Part shown: positions 1 through 8,499 of the stretch, one piece after another | Position numbering within the stretch: position 1 is the stretch's first letter | How the letters are laid out: every line of letters starts with the position of its first letter | IMG/VR virus record: IMGVR_UViG_3300024331_000069 | Span: 1-32,396 of that record | DNA from: a virus | Taxonomy: Duplodnaviria; Caudoviricetes | Length of the DNA stretch: 32,396 bases | Direction: 5' to 3' (one strand) | Position numbers and translations under genes: made by a program | Notes under the pieces: model-generated | Told to the model about the DNA's origin: nothing | Seen by the model: the letters and a program-made list of their open reading frames with translations, nothing else | Databases searched by the model: none

Positions 1-47
1 GGTGGCTCGGGGTCCAGACCTCTGAAAAGATCGGACGGTGACTCTGC

Positions 48-464
48 GTGACGACTACTCCGAGGGCACCCGCCGGTCTGGCCGCCCGGGGCCGCCGCCT
101 CTGGAAAGAGATCCACGAGAAGGTCACCCTCGACCCCGCTCAGCTGGTCATCCTCGAAGAGGCGTGCCGTACCGCCGACCGGCTCGACCGCCTCGACGCG
201 ATCCTGCGCGGCGAGGGCAGCGAGTGGCTCTCGCTTCGCCTCGGCGCCGATGGGGCCGACGTGACGGTGGTGCTGTCCGGCCCGCTGGCTGAGGCGCGCC
301 AGCAGCAGACCGTCCTTAAGCAGCTGCTGGTGACGCTGCGTCTGCCGGACGAGGCGACCGGCGCGAAGCCACAGCACCGCGGTTCGCGTGGCGCCTACGC
401 TCCGAAGGGTTCCGGCGGCAACGTGACCGCCATCGACCGCGCCCGGTCGTCGCGCGGGGCCTGA
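48..464 (+). CDS. terS: Terminase small subunit
   Basis: 138 aa immediately upstream of the large terminase; 'GRRLW...ILEEACRTADRLDRL...EARQQQTVLKQLL' pattern typical of actinophage small terminases. Confidence 0.8.
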   Translation: MTTTPRAPAGLAARGRRLWKEIHEKVTLDPAQLVILEEACRTADRLDRLDAILRGEGSEWLSLRLGADGADVTVVLSGPLAEARQQQTVLKQLLVTLRLPDEATGAKPQHRGSRGAYAPKGSGGNVTAIDRARSSRGA

Positions 465-468
465 ACCG

Positions 469-2094
469 GTGGCCACCGCCAAGTGGTCGCACTGGGCCGG
501 GCCGCAGTTCGACGGGCACCTGTGTTCGCTCGGGTACGAGCTGGTCGACTGGATCACGGCGTACTGCTGCCACGGTCCCGGCGATGTGCAGGGCGACCCG
601 GTGGAGCTGGACGACGAGTGGTTCGACTTCCTCGTTGAGACCTACCGCATCGACCCGACCACCGGCCGCCGCGTGTACGACGAGGCGGTCTTGTCCCGGC
701 CGAAGGGGCGCGCGAAGTCGGAGCTGGCCGGATTCGTCGGGGTCGCGGAGGCGTTCGGCCCGGTCCGGTTCGACGGGTGGAACGCCGACGGCCAACCGGT
801 GGGACGCCCGGTGCGGTCGCCGCTGATCAAGTGCCTGGCCACCGAAGAGAGCCAGGCCGGCAACACGTTCGAGAACATCGCCTGGATCGCCGGCGAGTGG
901 GGTCCCGACGTGCACCCGGAGGTCTACGCCGGGGTGTCCGGGTCGCGCCGGTACCAGTCGGCGACGGCCCTGTACCTGCCGCACGGCGGCGAGATCCGGG
1001 CCTGCACCTCCGGCAACGCCTCCAAGGACGGCGGCAAGGAGACGTGGGTCTGCGCCGACGAGACGCACCTGTACGTGCTGCCCGAGCTGAAGGGCATGTA
1101 CGCCACGGTGTGGCGCAACCTCGGCAAGCGGAAGATCGCCCAGCCGTGGGGGATGCAGACCACCACGATGTATCGCCTCGGCGAGCAGTCCGTCGCGGAG
1201 GAGACGCTGACCGCGTGGCGCAAGGGTGAGCTCGGCGCGCGGGTGCTGGTGGATCACCGCGAGGCCAAGGGCAAAGTCAACTCTGAGACGTTGCGCGACG
1301 CCGAGTACACGATGGCGCAGCTCGTCGACGTGTACGGGCCGGCCGCGGCGTGGCACGACATGGAACGCAAGTACGCGGACATGCGCGACCCGCGGATCTG
1401 CCGCGACGACGCGGAGGCGGCCCGCTACTTCCTGAACCGGGGCATCCCGTCGGCGGACGGGTGGATCGGCCTGGACGTGATCCGCCGTCAGCAGCTCGTC
1501 GACGTGGTCGCGCCAGGCACGGCCATCGCGCTCGGGTTCGACGGGTCGCTCAACGACGACTCGACGGTCCTGATCGGGTCGCGGATGACGGACGGGTTCC
1601 TGTTCCCGGTGGGGATCTGGGAGCGCCCGCCCGGCCGTGAGGGCGTGGGCTGGGAAGTGCCCCGCGACGAGGTGCTGGCCGCGTTCCGGGAAGCGTTCGG
1701 CCGGTACCAGGTGATCCGCGCCTACTGCGACCCGCACGAGTGGCGGTCCGACATCGACACGCTCGCCGGCGAGCTCGGTGTCGAGCGGGTGATCTCGTGG
1801 GAGACGCGCCGCGATGTGCAGATGGCCGCCGCGCTGGACCGGTTGCACACGGACCTGACGACCGGTGCCGTGTTCCAGTCCGGTGATCCGCGGTTCGTCG
1901 AGCACTTCGGCAACGCCTACGTGCGGATGCGGGGCGCGCACCGTCTGGTGCGCAAGGAACGCGACGGCTCACCCCGAAAGATCGACTCCGTGGTCGGTGC
2001 CGCCCTGGCGTACGAGGCACGGGCGGACGCGATCGAGGCCGGACTGAACCGCAAGACGCTGACTCGTGTGACCGGCAAGGTCCGCGGCTACTGA
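469..2094 (+). CDS. terL: Terminase large subunit
   Basis: Walker A-like SRPKGRAKSE, Walker B WVCADETH, nuclease motifs LGFDGSLNDD and KIDSVVGAALA; directly upstream of the portal. Confidence 0.95.
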   Translation: MATAKWSHWAGPQFDGHLCSLGYELVDWITAYCCHGPGDVQGDPVELDDEWFDFLVETYRIDPTTGRRVYDEAVLSRPKGRAKSELAGFVGVAEAFGPVRFDGWNADGQPVGRPVRSPLIKCLATEESQAGNTFENIAWIAGEWGPDVHPEVYAGVSGSRRYQSATALYLPHGGEIRACTSGNASKDGGKETWVCADETHLYVLPELKGMYATVWRNLGKRKIAQPWGMQTTTMYRLGEQSVAEETLTAWRKGELGARVLVDHREAKGKVNSETLRDAEYTMAQLVDVYGPAAAWHDMERKYADMRDPRICRDDAEAARYFLNRGIPSADGWIGLDVIRRQQLVDVVAPGTAIALGFDGSLNDDSTVLIGSRMTDGFLFPVGIWERPPGREGVGWEVPRDEVLAAFREAFGRYQVIRAYCDPHEWRSDIDTLAGELGVERVISWETRRDVQMAAALDRLHTDLTTGAVFQSGDPRFVEHFGNAYVRMRGAHRLVRKERDGSPRKIDSVVGAALAYEARADAIEAGLNRKTLTRVTGKVRGY

Positions 2095-2107
2095 CCGAGG
2101 GGGCGTA

Positions 2108-3529
2108 GTGGCGGAGTACGCCCCAAGGTCGCCCGAGTGGTGGCTGTCGCGCCTGTACAAGTGCCTCGACAAGCAGCGCGCCTCGTTCGAAATGATGGAC
2201 GCCTATTACCGCGGCGAGCCGCCGCGGCTGCCGTGGTTGCCGGAGCAGGCGCAGCAGGAGTTCTACCGCCTACTGGCGCTGACCAGGTCCAACTACATGG
2301 GCCTGGTCATCGACTCGCAGGTCGAGCGGCAGCAGGTCGAAGGCTTCCGGGTCGGCGCCGAACTGTCCGCGGACAAGCCGACCTGGGATATCTGGCAGGC
2401 CAACTACTTCGATGCAGGCAGCGACCAGGTTCTCCTTGAGGCTGCGATCTGTGGGTGTTCGTATGCCCTGGTCGCGCCGAACCCGGACAAGCCGAAGCGG
2501 CCCTTCATCTACGCCGAGCACCCGACGCAGGCCGTCGTGGAGTACGAGCCCGGTACTGGGCGGCGGGAACGCGCGGCGGGCCTGAAGCTGTGGCAGGACG
2601 ACTGGGAGGGCCAGTTGATGGCCACCCTGTACCTGCCGGACGGGGTGTACAAGTTCGTGGCCCCGCGCCGCACCGCAGGGGTTATGGCGGCGCCCGATTG
2701 GAAGCACCGGGAGGTGTCCGGGGAGCGTTGGCCGGCGCCGAACCCGCTCGGCCTGGTGCCGCTGGTGGAGGTCGCGAACAACCCGCGCCTGCTGACCGGT
2801 GGCGTGTCGGAGATCGCCGACGTGATCGCCATCCAGGACCGCATCTGCAAGACCATCGCCGACCGGCTGATGACGCAGGACTTCGGCGCCTTCCCGCAGC
2901 GGTGGGCGGTCGGGTTTCCGGACGTTGACAGCGCCGGCAACAAGAACGTGATCGATATCGGCCGAGACCGGATGGTCACGTCCGACGTGCAGGAGACGAA
3001 GTTTGGCCAGTGGGATGCCGCGCCGCTGGACCCGTACTCCGCTGCGAAGCGCGAGGACGTGAAGGACATCGCGTCCCGAACGCGTACCCCGGCGCAGTAC
3101 CTGCTCGGTGAGATGTCGAACGTCAACGGTGAGACGTTGAAGGCGTCGGAGTCCGGGCTGGTGAGCAAGGTCCGCCAGCGCAACCGGTCTGCCGGTGAGG
3201 GCATGGAGGACATTGCCCGCCTGGCCCGCCTGGCGGCCGGGCTGGGGTCGGCGGATGTGCCGATCGAAACGATCTGGCGGTCGCCGGAGTACCGCACCGA
3301 TGCCGAGCTCGTCGACGCGCTGTTGAAGATGTCCACGCTCGGCGTGCCGCGCGAGGCCCTGTGGGAGCGGTGGGGCGCGTCGCAGGTGGAGATCGAGCGG
3401 TGGAAGAAGATGGCCGACGAGGCGGCGCAGGCCGATCCGGTGGCGCAGATCGCCCGCGGCATGGCTGGCCCGCCCGCGAAGATGCCGATGAACGGCCCTA
3501 TGGGCGGCAACAATGCCGCCAACGGTTGA
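2108..3529 (+). CDS. Portal protein (SPP1 gp6-like)
   Basis: 473 aa after terL; motifs YYRGE, NPLGLVPLV, GVSEI..VIAIQDRI, AFPQRW, NVNGETLKASE; SD GAGGGG upstream. Confidence 0.93.
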   Translation: MAEYAPRSPEWWLSRLYKCLDKQRASFEMMDAYYRGEPPRLPWLPEQAQQEFYRLLALTRSNYMGLVIDSQVERQQVEGFRVGAELSADKPTWDIWQANYFDAGSDQVLLEAAICGCSYALVAPNPDKPKRPFIYAEHPTQAVVEYEPGTGRRERAAGLKLWQDDWEGQLMATLYLPDGVYKFVAPRRTAGVMAAPDWKHREVSGERWPAPNPLGLVPLVEVANNPRLLTGGVSEIADVIAIQDRICKTIADRLMTQDFGAFPQRWAVGFPDVDSAGNKNVIDIGRDRMVTSDVQETKFGQWDAAPLDPYSAAKREDVKDIASRTRTPAQYLLGEMSNVNGETLKASESGLVSKVRQRNRSAGEGMEDIARLARLAAGLGSADVPIETIWRSPEYRTDAELVDALLKMSTLGVPREALWERWGASQVEIERWKKMADEAAQADPVAQIARGMAGPPAKMPMNGPMGGNNAANG

Positions 3530-6500
3530 GTCCACCGCCCTAGGCTTCCGCGACGCGCAGGCCGCCCTGGCGGCCACGGCCGCCGCAGCTCTGGCGACGC
3601 AGTGGGCGAAGGTTGATCCGGCCAATGTGATGGCGTCGTGGACGGCGCAGCTGCCGCACGCGACGGTGGTCTTGTCCGGCGCGCAGACCGTCGCGGCCCA
3701 GCAGGTGGACTCTTACCTGGCCGATGAGTCGGTAGCGCAGGGCGGCGACGCCGCAGCGGACCTTGAGGTTGTGCCGGACGCGTTCGCCGGTGTGGCGTCG
3801 GACGGCCGGGCGCTGAGCGGTCTGCTGCAGCAGGCCGGCTGGGCGGTGATGACCTCGCTCGGTGCTGGGGCGCCGATCGACCGGGCGATGGCCGGCGGTG
3901 CCGCCACCTTGGACATGATCGCCCGCACGCAGGTGGCTGACGCCGGGCGGACGGCGACGCAGGTCGGGATCGCCGGCCGGCACGAGTTCACCGGGTTCGT
4001 GCGGATCGCCTCGGCGGGCGCGTGCTCGCGGTGCGCGATCCTGGCGGGGAAGTTCTACCGGTACAACGGCAGCTTCCCCAGGCATCCTCGGTGCCACTGC
4101 TCGTGCGCGCCGGCGAACGAGCACACGCTCGGCAGGCTGCGCCAGTCCCCGCGCGCGCTGTACGACGCGATGACCGCCCGCGAGCGGCAACTCGCCGGCT
4201 GGTCGGTGGCGGATCAGAAGGCCATTGACCTGGGCGCGGACCTGAACCAGGTGACCAACGCCCACCGCGGCCTGTCGTCGCTGGATGTGGCCGGCCGGAA
4301 GGTGCAGACCACCACGGTCGGCGGTGCGCGCGGCCGGCCGCGCCTGACCCCGCAGTCCGTGTTCGACGAGTCGGCCCGGTTGGGCTGGTCCCGGGCGGAG
4401 ACGGTCACCCAGTTGCATCGCCACGGGTACCTGACCGGTGACCTTGACGCGGCGCTGGCGAAGCTCGCGCCGAAGGTGGACCGCGCGACGCTGGGCCGGG
4501 CCGCAGCCAAGAGCAGTGGCCTCACCCCGGCGAAGGCAGCGGCCGGGGTGACCCCGTCCATCCGCCCCGCACTGGCGCAGGCGCGCACGATCAAGGACAT
4601 TCAGGCGGCGTTCACGTCGGAGGCGGAGCGCATCACCGGCCGGCGGATCCCCGCCTGGCTAGGCGATGACGCGTCGGCGGCGACCGCCCGTGAGCATGCG
4701 GAGGGCATCCTCCGCGGACTGGAACGCTTCCCGGACGCGAAGCTGAAGCGCCTGTCCTGGTACCGCTCAGATGAGGCTGTGTACGCCGACGCCGAGAGTG
4801 GCATCATCCGGTTCAATGCCCGGTACGCGGGCGCGACTGCGCGCACGTCATACCAGCGGGCGCTGTCCGGCGACGTCGCGAACTGGGAGAAGGCAAAGGA
4901 CAACCCGTACTTCCACGGTTGGCACCCGCGCGGCACGAACTCGCCGGCGGCGATCGCGTTGCACGAGTTCGGTCACGTCATCGACCTTTCGAGTTTGGCC
5001 GAGGAGATCTACCCGGCGGTCGACCAGATGGTCACGGCGATGGCTGTGCGCGACGGGCTGCGCGAGACCGAGGTCATCGCCCGTCAGATCAGCCAGTACG
5101 CGGCGACAGACCGGGCCGAGTTGGTGGCTGAGGCGTTCGCCGATGTGATGATGAACGGCGCGGCGGCGAGTGAGCTTTCCAGGGGCGTGTTCAACCTGCT
5201 GGAGGACGCTTACTCATCAGCTGGCGGTCGGGTCGTTGCGCGCGCTGGCCGTGTCGCCGCGACTGCCGACGAGCTGAACACGACGGTGGCGAACCTGCGG
5301 GCGATGGCCCGTGAGCGTGGCGTGAAGATCCCGGCGGGTGCCCGCAAGGCCGACATCCAGGCGTTGCTCCGCGACGTGGGCAAGCCCCCGTCGGCCGAGG
5401 TGCGCACGTTCGAGGAGCGACTCGCAGAAGCTCGCAAGGGCCGCAGCGTCGTTGATCTACCGACGGTCCAGGTTCAGGTTGACGCATCCGCTGGCGCTGA
5501 CGTCGGCAGATGGCGGGCGACGGAGGTCACCGGCCTGAACGGGTCACCGAGGTCCCTCCTCAGTGCAATCACGAGCCGTGTGCGCGTTTCTGGCCACGCC
5601 AACGAGTGGCTCCGGTTTCCCGAGGGTCGGCCGGTCGACGAGGCCATCGCACGTATGCGGGCTGGATATTCAGCGGATCAGCGCGCGAAGATCGCGGAGG
5701 TCGAAGCCGCACAGCGCGACAAGGTGCTGGTGGCCGGTCAGCGAGAAACCAAGGCGCTGGACGCGGCCATGCGCCAATCGTCGCTGTCGGGTGATGCGGT
5801 CCTGTGGCGCGGCGTGCGTCCGGTCGACGTCGGTCTCCCGGCTGGCGACGCGACTGGATTCGAGTGGACCGATCCTGGCTTTGTCGGTACTAGCGCCACC
5901 CGCGATGTCGCGGAGCATTCGTTTGCCCAGGGCACCCTGCTGCGGATACTCGGGCCAGCCGGCACCCCGGCGATCAGCATCGAAGGCGGCGGCGAGGCCG
6001 AGGTTCTGCTGGGTCGCGGGCTGCGGTTCCGCGTGGTCGCCGACCGAGGCGCAACCGAGGCCGGCGCACGTCTCCTTGACGTCGAGGTCGTGCCGGCCCG
6101 CGCGGCCGAGGCGGTCACCCCGGAGCTGTCGCCGTTGAAGTTGGCGCAGGCCCGCCAGGCCGATATCGATGTGGCCCGCGGCGTGTCGGACATGGTCGCC
6201 GACCTTCGCCCGCGCATCGCCGACGGCGCGGAGCCGGCCGTGCTGCGCCAGCGCATCGAGTCGGCCGCCCGCAAGGGTGTCATCGACGCGAAGACCCGCA
6301 CCCAGATGTTGGCCGCGGCCGACGACCCGGCGAAGCTGGACCGGCTGCTGCAGGCGCAGGCCCGCAAGGCCGGGCTGAAGCCGATCGGCGCACCGGGCAA
6401 GACGGTCAGCTTCGACCCGGCGTTGCACAAGCCGGTCGGCGGCGACATCAAGGCGGGGGCGAAGGTCCAGGTTGTGGCGCCCGGGTTCCAGTTCACCCGC

Positions 6501-7394
6501 GCCGGGGAGATCATCCGCCTGGGCAAGGCCGACGTGATCGTCGTCGAGACACCGCTGGAACGCATGACCATCGCCGAGCTGAAGGCGGAAGCCAAGGCGC
6601 GCGGGATCGTAGTCCGGGCGTCCGACAAGAAGGCCGACCTGCTCGGCAAGCTCAAGGGCGAAACGACCACGGATACGTCGATGGCCACTCGCCAGGCCAG
6701 CCTGGAACGCCTCGCAAGTGGCACCCCTACTGATTCGCGGATGCTCGGTGGCGGCGTACAGGGCCAAACGGAACTGTTGACCTACGGTGACCAACAGGTA
6801 GTTCAGAAGACCTACCGGTTCGTCGCGCTCACGCCGAGGGAAGCCCAGGCCTACCTCGACCGGGAGATCCTCGGCCCGCAGGTGCTGGAAGCTCTCGGCG
6901 TCCGCGCCCCCGCGGTAGTCGCGTCCGGACCGGACAAACTGTTGATGGAGTTCATTGACGGGCAGACCGGTGCCGACCTTGTCCCATGGGGCGGCCGTGT
7001 ACCCGATGCCATTCTGGCCAGTGACGACGGCCGCATGATAGGGCTGTCGGACATCCTGATTGGTAATACCGATCGCAACACCGGCAACTGGATTCAGATG
7101 GCCGACAGCCGATTGGCCGGCATCGACCACGGGTTCGCCTTTTCGCCGGGCATGTTTGACGGGGTGGCGTCCGACTTCGCCCATGGGTTCACCACATTCG
7201 GGCCGAAGGGTGTTACGTGGGCGGCCGCTAATGACATGTCCGCGGCGGACATGGCATTGATCCGGGAACGGTTGACGGCGCTCAAACCGGAGTTTGTTAA
7301 GGCCGGCCGAGAAGACTGGTACAACCAGATGATGAAGCGTCTCGCTGCGGTCGAAAAGCGGGCGGTTGGCACTCGGAATAGGATCGCACCGTGA
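3513..7394 (+). CDS. MuF-like minor head protein fused to HExxH metallopeptidase, ADP-ribosyltransferase, GrpE-like, two Rho-N/HeH-like and PI3/4-kinase/HipA-like domains
   Basis: Between portal and scaffold; N-terminal GACSRCAILAG...RHPRCHC; HEFGH...ISQYA...ELVAEAF; LWRGV...FVGTS...GEAEVLL; FDPALH...VVAPGF; DILIGNTDRNTGN...IDHGFAF. Confidence 0.85.
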   Translation: MPPTVESTALGFRDAQAALAATAAAALATQWAKVDPANVMASWTAQLPHATVVLSGAQTVAAQQVDSYLADESVAQGGDAAADLEVVPDAFAGVASDGRALSGLLQQAGWAVMTSLGAGAPIDRAMAGGAATLDMIARTQVADAGRTATQVGIAGRHEFTGFVRIASAGACSRCAILAGKFYRYNGSFPRHPRCHCSCAPANEHTLGRLRQSPRALYDAMTARERQLAGWSVADQKAIDLGADLNQVTNAHRGLSSLDVAGRKVQTTTVGGARGRPRLTPQSVFDESARLGWSRAETVTQLHRHGYLTGDLDAALAKLAPKVDRATLGRAAAKSSGLTPAKAAAGVTPSIRPALAQARTIKDIQAAFTSEAERITGRRIPAWLGDDASAATAREHAEGILRGLERFPDAKLKRLSWYRSDEAVYADAESGIIRFNARYAGATARTSYQRALSGDVANWEKAKDNPYFHGWHPRGTNSPAAIALHEFGHVIDLSSLAEEIYPAVDQMVTAMAVRDGLRETEVIARQISQYAATDRAELVAEAFADVMMNGAAASELSRGVFNLLEDAYSSAGGRVVARAGRVAATADELNTTVANLRAMARERGVKIPAGARKADIQALLRDVGKPPSAEVRTFEERLAEARKGRSVVDLPTVQVQVDASAGADVGRWRATEVTGLNGSPRSLLSAITSRVRVSGHANEWLRFPEGRPVDEAIARMRAGYSADQRAKIAEVEAAQRDKVLVAGQRETKALDAAMRQSSLSGDAVLWRGVRPVDVGLPAGDATGFEWTDPGFVGTSATRDVAEHSFAQGTLLRILGPAGTPAISIEGGGEAEVLLGRGLRFRVVADRGATEAGARLLDVEVVPARAAEAVTPELSPLKLAQARQADIDVARGVSDMVADLRPRIADGAEPAVLRQRIESAARKGVIDAKTRTQMLAAADDPAKLDRLLQAQARKAGLKPIGAPGKTVSFDPALHKPVGGDIKAGAKVQVVAPGFQFTRAGEIIRLGKADVIVVETPLERMTIAELKAEAKARGIVVRASDKKADLLGKLKGETTTDTSMATRQASLERLASGTPTDSRMLGGGVQGQTELLTYGDQQVVQKTYRFVALTPREAQAYLDREILGPQVLEALGVRAPAVVASGPDKLLMEFIDGQTGADLVPWGGRVPDAILASDDGRMIGLSDILIGNTDRNTGNWIQMADSRLAGIDHGFAFSPGMFDGVASDFAHGFTTFGPKGVTWAAANDMSAADMALIRERLTALKPEFVKAGREDWYNQMMKRLAAVEKRAVGTRNRIAP

Positions 7395-7591
7395 GGCGTG
7401 AGCTGCGGTCGGTGCGCACCGGGGAAGTCCTCGGCGCGGTTGACGACGCGCTCACCCCACCGTTCGAGGGTGCGGCCGCCGACGTGCTCGGCGGCCTGCG
7501 CCGGCAGCTCGGCGACGAGCAGACCGTACGGACGGTCCTCGCCGACGGCTGGTCCAACGGGTACCTGTACTTCCCGGAGGCGACCACATGA
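7391..7591 (+). CDS. Small hypothetical protein coupled to the MuF fusion gene (candidate immunity/partner)
   Basis: GTGA overlap with the upstream stop and ATGA overlap with the next gene; 66 aa ending DGWSNGYLYF. Confidence 0.7.
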   Translation: MRRELRSVRTGEVLGAVDDALTPPFEGAAADVLGGLRRQLGDEQTVRTVLADGWSNGYLYFPEATT

Positions 7592-7833
7592 CCACCGGTC
7601 CGATGTCGCAGTGCGCGACCTGCGTGCACTTGCGCTCCCCGTTCGACGTGCCCGCCGCGACCCACCCCGACGGCCCGTTCTGCGCCGCGTTCCCGACCGG
7701 CATCGGCGACCGGGTGTTCCGCAACGGGGCGGACCACCGCCAGCCGGTCGACGGCGACCACGGGGTCCGGTGGGAGTCCAACGGCCAGGAGTTCCCCGAC
7801 TGGGCGTTCGCGCCTGGGGTCCTGACCGCCTAA
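7588..7833 (+). CDS. Small Cys/His-containing phage protein (candidate metal-binding partner of the MuF fusion)
   Basis: CATCVH...CAAFPTGI...DHRQPVDGDHG pattern, which I recall from small genes downstream of MuF genes; ATGA coupling. Confidence 0.75.
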   Translation: MTTGPMSQCATCVHLRSPFDVPAATHPDGPFCAAFPTGIGDRVFRNGADHRQPVDGDHGVRWESNGQEFPDWAFAPGVLTA

Positions 7834-7846
7834 CCCGCACCACCGA

Positions 7847-7876
7847 CAGCCCGCACCCGTAAGGGGTGGCGGGCTG
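7847..7876 (+). terminator. GC-rich hairpin after the MuF module (terminator or processing site)
   Basis: CAGCCCGC-ACCC / GGGT-G-GCGGGCTG stem with GTAAG loop, 14 nt after the stop; weak U tail. Confidence 0.45.
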
Positions 7877-7967
7877 GTTGCCATGCCCACTCCCCTCGGG
7901 GAGGTATGCGCCACGGCCGCGCTCAAGGCCGGTGCACCAGCCGACGGGCTCACGGAAGAGAGATCAC

Positions 7968-8462
7968 ATGGCAGACACCGACGACACCGACGACTCCGGC
8001 TCCGCCGATGCGGACACCGGTAAGACGTTCACCCAGGCCGAGCTCGACCGCATCGTGGCCGAACGGGTCAACCGCACCAAAGCCCAGTTCGCGGACTACG
8101 CCGACCTGAAGAAGAAGGCCACCGCGGCGCTGTCCGACACCGAGAAGGCCGTCGCCGAGGCCAAGGCCGCCGGCGCGGCGGAGGCGTCCGCGAAGACCGG
8201 GGCGCGTCTCGCCCGGGCCGAGTTCAGGGCGGCCGCGGCCGGCAAGGTTCCGCCCGACGCGCTCGACGGGTTCCTCGAATACGCCGACCTAACCAAGTTC
8301 GTCGGCGCCGACGGCGAGCCGGACGAGAAGGCCATCGCCGCCGCGGTGAAGAAACTGACCGGCACGGCCGGCGGGACCAACTACGACGGCGGCGCCCGCA
8401 CCACGGCGGGTAAATCGACCGACATGAACGCCATGATCCGCCGGCAGGCGGGTTACCAGTAA
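7968..8462 (+). CDS. Capsid scaffolding protein
   Basis: ATG at 7968 after GGAAGAGAG; acidic N-terminus, KTFTQAELDRIVAERV motif, helical Ala/Lys-rich body; precedes the capsid gene. Confidence 0.9.
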   Translation: MADTDDTDDSGSADADTGKTFTQAELDRIVAERVNRTKAQFADYADLKKKATAALSDTEKAVAEAKAAGAAEASAKTGARLARAEFRAAAAGKVPPDALDGFLEYADLTKFVGADGEPDEKAIAAAVKKLTGTAGGTNYDGGARTTAGKSTDMNAMIRRQAGYQ

Positions 8463-8499
8463 CCGCAGTTCCCGGGGTGGGACCTGCTAACCCAAGAAG

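Noticed and set aside
1-47. cos/pac packaging site upstream of terS
   Set aside because: Position is suitable but no recognisable sequence feature; needs read-terminus analysis.
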